A stretch of 64,000 nt of DNA. Source: an uncultured Chloroflexia bacterium. Lineage in GTDB: Bacteria; Chloroflexota; Anaerolineae; CG2-30-64-16. The position numbers were made by a program, and so were the translations under genes. The notes under the pieces are model-generated. The model had not been told where the DNA came from, did not search any database, and saw only the letters and a program-made list of their open reading frames with translations. The DNA lies in NCBI GenBank assembly GCA_963774265.1, contig CAVZDU010000003.1, forward strand, positions 320,001 to 384,000. The letters are read 5' to 3'. Numbering within the stretch: the first letter of the stretch is position 1; each line of letters begins with the position of its first letter. Below, piece after piece: positions 1-8,700 of this stretch.

Positions 1-198
1 CGCACCATCGTGACGGTGACCCATAGCATCGAGCGGGGTCTCGCCATCGCAGATAAGGTATTGATCCTGGCGAATGGCCGGGTAAGCTATGAAGCCTCGG
101 TGCAGGGGATGACCGCTGCCGAGTTCCGGCCTCTCTACGACCTCTATTGCGGGCCCGCTCCCCAGGCGCCCGGCAATGGGGTGGGAGGCGGCCGATGA
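1..198 (+). CDS. ccmA: Heme exporter ABC ATP-binding subunit CcmA, 3' end only
   Basis: C-terminal ABC segment RTIVTVTHS...ADKVLILANG containing the H-loop; stop overlaps the ccmB start (ATGA). Confidence 0.8.
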   Translation, partial: RTIVTVTHSIERGLAIADKVLILANGRVSYEASVQGMTAAEFRPLYDLYCGPAPQAPGNGVGGGR

Positions 199-866
199 AC
201 TTCTGGCAAGCCGTCACCGCCATCATCTGGAAGGACATCCGCGCGGAATGGCGCACGAAGGACATCTTCAGCAGCATGTTCGTATTTGCACTGCTCTCGG
301 TGATCGTGTTCAACTTCGCGTTCGAGTTGCGGGTGCCCGATATGAAGATGGTTGCGCCCGGCATCGTCTGGGTGGCGATCACGTTTTCGGGGACCCTTGG
401 GCTGAACCGGGCATTTGTGATCGAGCAGGACAAAGGCAGCCTGGCCGGCCTGCTGCTGGCGCCGGTCGACCGGGCCGCCATCTACTTCGGCAAGATGCTG
501 GGCAACCTGGTGTTCATCCTGATCGTCGAGATCATCCTGCTGCCGCTGGTGATGATCTTCTTCAACCTGTCGCTGTTGACCTGGCCGCATCTGCTGGTGC
601 TGTTCCTGGGCACCTACGGTTTTGCAGCGGTCGGCACGGTGTTTTCGGCCATGGCGGTGAACACGCGGGCGCGCGAGGTCATGCTGCCGATCCTGCTCTT
701 TCCGGTGCTGCTGCCGGTGCTGGTTGCGGGTGTAAAGATGACCGGCAGCCTGCTGGACGGCGAAGCGTTGAGCGAGATCGCAAACTGGCTCAAGCTTGTC
801 GCGATTTACGATATCGGCTTCACCATTATCGCCTATCTTACATTTGGCTTCGTGGTAGAAGAGTGA
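195..866 (+). CDS. ccmB: Heme exporter permease CcmB
   Basis: MNFWQ..IWKDIRAEWRTK, EQDKGSLAGLLLAP, REVMLPILLFP; about 6 hydrophobic helices. Confidence 0.92.
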   Translation: MNFWQAVTAIIWKDIRAEWRTKDIFSSMFVFALLSVIVFNFAFELRVPDMKMVAPGIVWVAITFSGTLGLNRAFVIEQDKGSLAGLLLAPVDRAAIYFGKMLGNLVFILIVEIILLPLVMIFFNLSLLTWPHLLVLFLGTYGFAAVGTVFSAMAVNTRAREVMLPILLFPVLLPVLVAGVKMTGSLLDGEALSEIANWLKLVAIYDIGFTIIAYLTFGFVVEE

Positions 867-868
867 GC

Positions 869-951
869 GACTGACCACAAGGACACCAAGACACGACGGT
901 TCGCCAGGCCCCCTCGAATCTTCGTCCAACTTTGTGGCTTTGTGGTTAGTC
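869..951. repeat. Imperfect intergenic inverted repeat built from ACCACAAGGACACCAAG / CTTTGTGGCTTTGTGGT units
   Basis: gactgaccacaaggacaccaag pairs imperfectly with ctttgtggctttgtggttagtc. Confidence 0.6.
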
Positions 952-986
952 CGGCTCCGACGGCGAGATACTCCTGGAGGGAGTGC

Positions 987-1682
987 ATGGAGCGTTCTTC
1001 TCGTGGGTTGATGGTCCTGACCGCCATCTCGGCAGTCATGGTTCTGTTCTCGGCCTACCTGGCCCTCGTCGGCGCGCCGGATGCCGTAGGTCTCACCGAA
1101 GATAACACCTACGCCCAGCGCATCATCTACTTCCACGTGCCGAGCGCCTGGCTGAGCATGTTGGCCTTTGGCGTCACGATGGTGGCGAGCATCGGCTACC
1201 TGATCACATCCAAGCGCCAGTGGGACAGCTTGGCCATGTCGTCGGCCGAGCTGGGTCTCGTCTTCACCCTTGCCGCGGCTGCCAGCGGCTCAGTCTGGGC
1301 CAAGCCGGCCTGGAATATCTGGTGGACCTGGGATCCGCGCCTGACGACCTACACGATCATGTTCCTGCTGTACGTGGCCTACTTCATGCTGCGCAGCGCG
1401 ATGGAAGATCCGGCGCGTCGCGCGCGCTTCGCCTCGGTCTACGGGATCTTCGCGTTTCTCAGCGTGCCGATCACGTTCATGTCGATCCGCTGGTGGCGCA
1501 CTATCCATCCGGTGCTGATCGACCCGAACGAGGGGTTCGGTTTCGGTCCGGGGATGATGACGGCCTTCTTCATCAGCCTCGCCAGCTTCACGCTGCTCTA
1601 CGTCGTCCTGCTCCTGCATCGGTACCGGCTGGAGCGGATCCGGGAACAGGTGGATGAGCTGAAGGAACAATTGGGATACTAG
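987..1682 (+). CDS. ccmC: Cytochrome c biogenesis protein CcmC
   Basis: YFHVP, Trp-rich WWD motif GSVWAKPAWNIWWTWDPRLT, WWRTIHP; GGAGGG SD upstream. Confidence 0.92.
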   Translation: MERSSRGLMVLTAISAVMVLFSAYLALVGAPDAVGLTEDNTYAQRIIYFHVPSAWLSMLAFGVTMVASIGYLITSKRQWDSLAMSSAELGLVFTLAAAASGSVWAKPAWNIWWTWDPRLTTYTIMFLLYVAYFMLRSAMEDPARRARFASVYGIFAFLSVPITFMSIRWWRTIHPVLIDPNEGFGFGPGMMTAFFISLASFTLLYVVLLLHRYRLERIREQVDELKEQLGY

Positions 1683-1691
1683 GAGATAACA

Positions 1692-1838
1692 ATGGCTTAC
1701 ATGGTAGCTGCATACCTGATTATCTGGTTGGCCTCGTTCGTCTTCATCTTCAGCATGGTGCGGCGCCAGAGCGCCCTGCAACGGGAAATCTCATCATTGC
1801 GCGAGCTTGCACAGGAGCGCGACGATCGCGTCCGGTGA
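1692..1838 (+). CDS. ccmD: CcmD-family small membrane protein (48 aa, not in the ORF track)
   Basis: AGGAG SD; MAYMVAAYLIIWLASFVFIFSMVRRQSALQREISSLRELAQERDDRVR, one TM helix plus a charged tail, directly after ccmC. Confidence 0.85.
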   Translation: MAYMVAAYLIIWLASFVFIFSMVRRQSALQREISSLRELAQERDDRVR

Positions 1839-1905
1839 GATTCGTGTAACGTGGGCGACGGAGGCATCCCACTGGATGTAACCTCTGTTGACAGGAGAAA
1901 GGTGC

Positions 1906-2804
1906 ATGACTTCAGCTAATCGCTGGCAGACGTTTTCCCACGCGCTGGCGTTCGTGATTGGGTTCAGCCTGGTGTTTGTCGTCCTGGGCGCGTCGGTGGC
2001 GTTCTTCGGCTATGCGCTGAACACGTTCCTCCCAACCTTCGTCAAGATCGGCGGCGCGATCCTGATCCTGTTCGGGCTGCAGGTGTCGGGCGCCTTCGGC
2101 TGGATTGCGGATCGCATCCGTTCGGCCGGTGGCGACAGGACCTCTCTCGGCCGTGCGTACATCAACGGGGTCGACACGCTGGCTCGCCTGATGTACACCG
2201 AAGGCCGCGTGCAGGTGAAGGTCGACCGGCGCTGGGGTTATCTGTCCTCTGCCTTGATGGGCGTCTTCTTCTCGGCCGGCTGGATTCCGTGCGTGGGCCC
2301 GGTGCTGGCCGCAATCTATCTCCTCGCGTCGGACACAGCAACGGTCGGCCAGGGTGCACTGTTGCTGCTGGTCTATTCGCTGGGCCTGGGCATCCCGTTC
2401 CTCGTCACCGGCGCGGCCATGGGCCGCGTGGCCCCGGCCCTGCGACGGATGAACCGGCATCTGGGCTCGTATCCAAGATCACCGGCCTCTTCCTGATCTT
2501 GGTCGGCGTGCTGCTCTTCAAGGACCGCCTGAGCCTGATCTCGAACCTGTTCGTGTCTCGCTTCGGGACGGGACTGGCCAGCCTGGAGCTGGGCAGCGGC
2601 GGACTGAGCACGGCGGTGACGATACCCATCGCGTTCCTGGCCGGGCTGCTGTCGTTCCTTTCGCCGTGCGTGCTGCCGCTGATCCCGGCCTACATCGGCT
2701 ATCTGAGCGGTACGACTGTTGCGGACCGGGGCGCACAGACCGCGCCGCCGGCCGACGCGACCGCAGCGACAACGGGCGCAACGACCACCCAGGCCGGGGC
2801 ATGA
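1906..2804 (+). CDS. ccdA: CcdA-type thiol-disulfide transporter, helix order apparently permuted; one frameshift near 2465
   Basis: AGWIPCVGPVL, YSLGLGIPF and AFLAGLLSFLSPCVLPLIPAY motifs; the two ORFs join if one G is added at ctgggctc. Confidence 0.8.
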
Positions 2805-3478
2805 GCGTCGAGGTCCGGCCGCCTCAGAGCGATGGTGCGAAACGCTTGAACGCGGCCATCAACCGGGTCGCGGTGGGCATCGCACGGCACTGGCTGGCTG
2901 TCTTCAATATGATGGTGGCGCTTTTCGTTGCGTTGCCATTTCTCGCGCCGGTGCTAATGGAGGCGGGCGCGACGGGGCCAGCCAACCTGATCTATAAAGT
3001 CTACGCGGTCACGTGTCACCAGTTGCCCGAGCGTTCGATCTTCTTCTACGGTCACGACCATTTCTATACAGCCCAGGACCTGGAGGCGGAAGGTTACTTG
3101 CCCGCGGGCCTGTCACTTTTTCAACGCCAGGCGCTGCGATGGGCCGGTTCAGTCGAGGCTGGTTGGAAGGTGGCGCTTTGCCAGCGCGACGTGGCGATCT
3201 ATGGGTCGATCTTGGCTGCAGGCCTGCTGTTCGGGCTGTTGCGCCCAATTTTGCGTCGCCGCACGAAGTGGCCGAAGATGCCCGTCTGGATGTTCGTCCT
3301 TCTTCTGGTTCCGATCGCGGTCGACGGCATTACTCAGCTTTTCGGCTGGCGAGAATCGTTCCCGGCGCTGCGCTTCTTCACGGGTGCGCTTATGGGATCG
3401 GCCACGGTGTGGTTCGCCTATCCTCACATCGAGGAAGCGATGCAGGATGTGATTCGCACCACCCGCACGAACGCGTAA
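2801..3478 (+). CDS. DUF2085-like membrane protein
   Basis: TCHQLPERS, ALCQRDVAIY, PIAVDG, LRFFTGAL motifs; ATGA overlap with ccdA. Confidence 0.75.
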   Translation: MSVEVRPPQSDGAKRLNAAINRVAVGIARHWLAVFNMMVALFVALPFLAPVLMEAGATGPANLIYKVYAVTCHQLPERSIFFYGHDHFYTAQDLEAEGYLPAGLSLFQRQALRWAGSVEAGWKVALCQRDVAIYGSILAAGLLFGLLRPILRRRTKWPKMPVWMFVLLLVPIAVDGITQLFGWRESFPALRFFTGALMGSATVWFAYPHIEEAMQDVIRTTRTNA

Positions 3479-3487
3479 TCGCGAATT

Positions 3488-3516
3488 TTGGTCAGAAAAG
3501 AATCTTGCGCTATACT
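3488..3516 (+). promoter_or_regulatory. Putative sigma70 promoter of rpsT
   Basis: TTGGTC-17 nt-TATACT. Confidence 0.55.
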
Positions 3517-3627
3517 TACTGCTTGTGACTGGCACAGCTTGACGCCGGTCACGTTCATGTCTTATCAACGACGGCCTTAGCCGTGAAATGACCAACACTC
3601 GTCAGTAGAAATCCTGGAGGCTTTTCG

Positions 3628-3930
3628 GTGCCAAACCTGAAGAAGAACCCATCTGCGTTGAAAGCAATGCGCCGGGACGCGCGCAAGGCCGTCTACCGCG
3701 GCGCTGTCCGCACCAGCACTCGCACCTTCATCAAGAAGGCGCGCACGTTGTTGGTTAGCACCAAGATGGAAGGGGCAGACGCGGCGATCCTGGACGCGAT
3801 CAGCGCGCTGGATAAGGCTGCTCAGAAGGGCGTCATCCACAAGAACGCCGCTGCACGACGCAAGTCCCGCCTGATGGCTGCCCTCAACAGGGCAAGAGCA
3901 GCCAAGACAGCCGCTGCGATCAAGGCCTAA
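3628..3930 (+). CDS. rpsT: 30S ribosomal protein S20
   Basis: SALKAMR..., LDKAAQKGVIHKNAAARRKSRL. Confidence 0.96.
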   Translation: MPNLKKNPSALKAMRRDARKAVYRGAVRTSTRTFIKKARTLLVSTKMEGADAAILDAISALDKAAQKGVIHKNAAARRKSRLMAALNRARAAKTAAAIKA

Positions 3931-3957
3931 TCGTCCGTTACGATTCCCAGCAAAACG

Positions 3958-3991
3958 AAAGGATCGGCATCGCAAGACGCCGATCCTTTTT
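3958..3991. terminator. Bidirectional intrinsic terminator
   Basis: aaaggatcggc-loop-gccgatccttttt between two convergent genes. Confidence 0.85.
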
Positions 3992-4012
3992 GTCTTTCGG
4001 CGGGGCTGCCGG

Positions 4013-4738
4013 TCAGTCTTCGCTGAGGAGGGGCACTTCATCCTCGGCGGGCGTGGCGTTCGGCATGGGGATCGCCAGCTTGTAGCCGATTTTGCGGACG
4101 GTGAGCAGCACGACCGGGCGCGTGGGCTCACTTTCGATTTTCTCGCGCAACCAGCGAATGTGGACGTCAAGCGTGCGCGTATCCCCCAGGTACTGCGTAT
4201 CCCAGATCTCTTTCATCAGTTCTTCACGGGAAATCACCTGGTTCGGGCGCTGCATGAAAATGGCGAGCAGGTGGGCCTGTTTGGGCGTCAGATGCGCTTC
4301 GCCTTGGGGGCTGTGAAGCGAGCGCGTCATCTGATCCAGTTCGATTTGGCCGACCTTCAGCACATGGGGGCTGACCGCGTCCAAGAGCCTGCTGAGGGTC
4401 TCACGGAGCTTCTTGGGCGTAAAGGGCCGGACCAGCCGCTCTTCGCACTCGATCTGCCTGCCTTGCCCGCGATCGATCAGCAGCAGGCGTCGGACTTGGG
4501 GAAACTTGCGCCTGAGCTCGATGCAGAGGCGTTCGCCAGAAAAATGGCTGTTTGTCGGATTGATAACAACGATATTTGGCTGCAGTTCCCGCGCCAATTG
4601 CAGACCCATTGATTGGGTGCGGGCAGACGCCAAGCCGATGCCCTCTTGCTCGATGCTCTGCCAAACCTTCTCGTACCCGGGATCCTCACGTCCGATGTAA
4701 AGGATATGGGCAGGTTTGGCGGTCGAGTTCCGGCTCAT
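4013..4738 (-). CDS. OmpR/PhoB-family winged-helix regulator with a degenerate receiver domain
   Basis: LTPKQ..LL, SREEL, TRTLDVHIRWLREKIE, TVRKIGY; receiver lacks the acidic residues. Confidence 0.88.
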   Translation of the reverse strand: MSRNSTAKPAHILYIGREDPGYEKVWQSIEQEGIGLASARTQSMGLQLARELQPNIVVINPTNSHFSGERLCIELRRKFPQVRRLLLIDRGQGRQIECEERLVRPFTPKKLRETLSRLLDAVSPHVLKVGQIELDQMTRSLHSPQGEAHLTPKQAHLLAIFMQRPNQVISREELMKEIWDTQYLGDTRTLDVHIRWLREKIESEPTRPVVLLTVRKIGYKLAIPMPNATPAEDEVPLLSED

Positions 4739-4776
4739 GATGCACACCCCTCTTCCACTCCAATACAGTAGGGAAT

Positions 4777-4838
4777 ATTATAGCGCATGTTTGAACGCAA
4801 GGCAACAGGTTGACCTTTACTCCCCCGCATGATAAAAT
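4777..4838. promoter_or_regulatory. Back-to-back divergent sigma70 promoters
   Basis: Minus strand TTGCCT-17-TATAAT (4805-4777); plus strand TTGACC-17-TAAAAT with extended -10 TG (4810-4838). Confidence 0.7.
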
Positions 4839-4845
4839 CGCCATG

Positions 4846-5703
4846 ATGCCTTCCCAAAGCACTGGCGGCGCTCCCGAGCGCGCCAAAATCATCGTCGTCA
4901 TCCCTACTTACAACGAAGCGGATAACCTACCGGGCCTGGTCGCCGAGCTCCATGCGCTGGCCGTGCCCGGCTTGTCTGTTCTTGTGGTGGATGACAATTC
5001 GCCTGACGGCACTGGCTGTGTGGCGGATGCCCTGGCTGAGCGCCTGCCTGGCGTCCTGCAGGTCCGCCACCGCGAGGCGAAGGATGGGCTGGGACGCGCC
5101 TATATAGAAGGCTTTAAGCTCGCGCTTGCCGACGGCGCCGACTATATCGTCCAGATGGACGCTGATTTTTCGCATCCGCCCGCGACCATCATCAGCATGC
5201 TTGACCTCATACGGGAGTACGACGTGGTCGTCGGCTCCCGGTATGTTAGTGGGGGCCAGCTGGACGAGCGTTGGAGTTGGTGGCGGCGATTGTTGAGCTG
5301 GTGGGCGAACGAAATCTGGTCGCGTCGCCTCCTGGGGTTGAGCGTGCGCGACATCACCGCCGGCTTCAAGTGCTGGCGAAGCTCGACATTGTCAGGTATT
5401 GGGTTGGACCGCGTCATTTCGAACGGCTATGCATTCCAGGTCGAAATGGCGTTTCTTACTGAGCGGCTTGGCTATCGCGTCAAGGAAATCCCGATCTATT
5501 TCGAAGATCGGCGCATCGGAAAGTCCAAGATGAGCGTGCCCGTGAAGCTCCAGGGTGCGGTTGACGTTTTCCGCATTCGCTACCGGCATCGGAAGACTAC
5601 CGTGCGACCGCCCGAGCGCGGGGACGACCCCGCCGCTCGCCCGGAGGCGGAGTCGAAGGCCTACGCGACGGTTCCCAGTAACGATTACACCCCTGACATC
5701 TGA
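4846..5703 (+). CDS. Polyprenol monophosphomannose synthase (GT2, Ppm1/Dpm1-like)
   Basis: VVIPTYNE, VVDDNSPDGTG, GLGRAY, QMDADFSH, GSRY, GYAFQVE. Confidence 0.9.
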   Translation: MPSQSTGGAPERAKIIVVIPTYNEADNLPGLVAELHALAVPGLSVLVVDDNSPDGTGCVADALAERLPGVLQVRHREAKDGLGRAYIEGFKLALADGADYIVQMDADFSHPPATIISMLDLIREYDVVVGSRYVSGGQLDERWSWWRRLLSWWANEIWSRRLLGLSVRDITAGFKCWRSSTLSGIGLDRVISNGYAFQVEMAFLTERLGYRVKEIPIYFEDRRIGKSKMSVPVKLQGAVDVFRIRYRHRKTTVRPPERGDDPAARPEAESKAYATVPSNDYTPDI

Positions 5704-5729
5704 CTGCTATCGCATCACCCGAGGGACCC

Positions 5730-8700
5730 TTGAGATCTTCCCGTAGAGCCGGTGCGTTCGTCACGATTGTGGCCTTGCTTCTGCTCCCGCTGCTCTGGTT
5801 TGCTCCGCAGGCGCTGGGCAACAAAACGCTACTCCCGGCCGACAATCTCTTTCAGTATCCTCCATGGCAGAGCTTTTCCGACCAATTGGGCGTTGACGTT
5901 CCCTATAACGCGCTGATCAGTGACCTGGTGCTGGAGAATCTCCAGTGGAAGTCGCTGATCGTCGACGCGTTGGCGGCAGGCAACCCGGCCGACATCCTCT
6001 GGAACCCGCGTTCCTTCACCGGCGTGCCGTTTTTCGCCGCCGGCCAGCAGTCTGCCGCGTATCCGCTCAGCCTGCTGTTCTATGTCATGCCTCTGTGGCG
6101 CGCCTATGGTGTTTTCACCTGGCTTCAGATCGGCCTGGCCGCGGTCTGCATGTACCTGTTCATGCGGAGTCTCCGCGTGCGGCGCATTGCCGCGGTCCTG
6201 GCAAGCATCGCATATGCGTTCTCCGGTTTCTTCATCGTCAGTGTCAACTTCACGATGGTCATCGCTGCCGCGGCGTGGCTGCCGCTGCTGTTGGCGTGCA
6301 TCGAGATCGTGGTGCGCAAGCAACAGGAGAACGTGGGCCGCAACTTCTTGCCTGCTCCGTTCGTAGCGTTGGGGGCGGCAGTGCTGGCGACTCAGATCCT
6401 CGCCGGGCACGTCGAGATCACTTACTATACGCTCATGGTGGCGGGCCTATTCGCCGTGTGGCGACTCGCCGGCGTGTGGCTCAGGTTGCGCGCGTGGCGG
6501 CCGGTCGTGCGTATCGGTGTGTGGCTGCTGATCATGATCGGCCTGGGGATGGCGCTCGGCGGTGTGCAGATTCTGCCGCTGGTCGAGCTAGTGCAGCAGA
6601 GCTTTCGTGAAGGCTCGGCGAGCCTGCAGCAGGTGCGCGATTGGGCATGGCCCTCGCGTCAAATCATCACCTTCCTGCTGCCCGATTTTTACGGCAACCC
6701 AACGCACCACGCCTATTTCGACATCTGGCAGCGCACGTGGGTTCCAGTGACGCAGAACGCTCTTGGACAGCCGCTCAGCACAATCGACTGGGGCGTCAAG
6801 AACTACGTCGAGGGCGGGAATTACCTCGGACTTACTACGCTGCTCCTGGCGGCCATCGGCGCGCTTGCGGGCGTTGTGAGTAGGGGCGACCCTCGCGGTC
6901 GGTCCCCCGCCCCTGAACTCGATCATTGCGCAGCACGACCAACCTACACGTGGTTCTTTACCATTCTTGCCATCTTGTCGCTGCTGTTCGCGTTCGGTAC
7001 CCCGCTCTACGCCATCCTTTACTACGGCTTGCCGGGCTACAGCCAACTCCATTCGGCGTTTCGCTGGGTGTTTCCTTATACGCTCAGCATGGCCGCGCTG
7101 GCCGGTTTCGGTCTGGATTGGCTTCTGTCGCAGCGCGAGACGAGAATGGAAGAAGGGCGAAGGAAACAGGAAGATCTACCTCACCTGCCCGGAACCGCAG
7201 GTGCCGGGTCTTCCCTCGTCCGTTTTGCTTCAGTGTCTGAACGGTTGCCCCGGCTCCTGGCGTGGCTATCCATCCTCGCCGGCGCCGGCGCTCTGCTCCT
7301 CGTTGTGCTGAGTGTCTTGATCCCCAGTCCTTTCATTGCGCTGGGTGAGCGGCTGCTGAACTGGGGTTTCTGGTCTGATCTCGCGCAGAGCAGGGGCTTC
7401 GCTAACGGCGCGATGTTCTGGAGTTATGAGGCGATGCAAATCGTACGCTTCGGCGCGATGGCTCTCCTCACGGGTCTTGCGATTCTGTGGTTGATGTGCG
7501 ACCGCGGTCGTCTCTACCGCGGCTTGCCGCACGGACAGGCGCTCCTGGCAGCGCTGCCCCTGGTCCTGACCTTGCTTCTTGATGTGTGGCTGGTCGGCAG
7601 AGGGTTCAATCCTGCGGTCGAAAAGAAGCTCCTGGAGTTCACCCCTCCCGCCATCGAGTTCCTGCAAAGCAAGTTGGACCCTGCCCAGCCGTGGCGTCTG
7701 ACCAGCTTCGATGGGCCGGATGAGAAGGTGCTCAACGCCAACTCGGCCATGCGGTATGGCCTGGAGGATGTGCGCGGGTACGATTCCATCATCCCCAGGC
7801 AGTATGTCGCGTATATGCGGCGGCTGCACCCCCAGGGAGAGTTGCTCTACAACCGCATCGCGGCGATCTATTCTCAACTTGGCGACCAAGCCAATTATGG
7901 TGCGCTCGACAACCCCTTGCTGCACCTGCTCGGCGTGCGCTACGTCGTCTCCACCCAGGCGATCCCGAATGACGGCTACGAGCTGGTGTACGATCAGGAG
8001 GTCAAGGTCTACGAGAACACGCAGGCTTTCCCACGCGCGTTCATCGTCCCGCAGGCCATGTCCGCATCGGATCAGACAGAGGCGCTCGATAAGCTGCAGC
8101 AGCTTGATCCCGCCGAAGTTGTGTTGATCGAAGGGCTGGCGCCAGAGCGGCTCCCACCCGCTGCATCACCCCAGGTGCGGGAGGTCCGCTTCAGCCAGCG
8201 CGGGAATCGCGAATACTTCATTGACGTCAATATCAGCGACCGCGGTTGGCTGGTCGTGACGGACAACTACTTCGACGGCTGGAAAGCCTACCTGCGGCCG
8301 TTTGGCGTCGAGGGTGAAGGCGTGAACGCCAGCGGCGAGTCGGTCGAGCAGCAGCTGCCGTTGTACCGCGCGGACGGTACATTCCGTGCTGTGTATCTTC
8401 CGCAGGCCGGCCAGTGGACCGTTCGCTTTGTCTATTCCCCGCGCAGCGTGCTGCTAGGCGCGTACTTGACTTTCCTGGCGGGCGTCACCTTGGTCCTGCT
8501 GCTCGGCTGGTGGGCATGGAGGCGGTACTACAAGGGGGAAGGCAGCGAGGTCGGCACGGTCGCCAAGAACAGCGCGGTCCAGGTGGTCATGAGCCTGTTC
8601 AATCGCGGCATCGATTTCGCGTTCGCCATGCTGCGGCTGCGCGTGCTCAGCCCGGAGGGCGAGGGAAGCTATGTCTTCGCCATCACCTTCTACCTGATCG

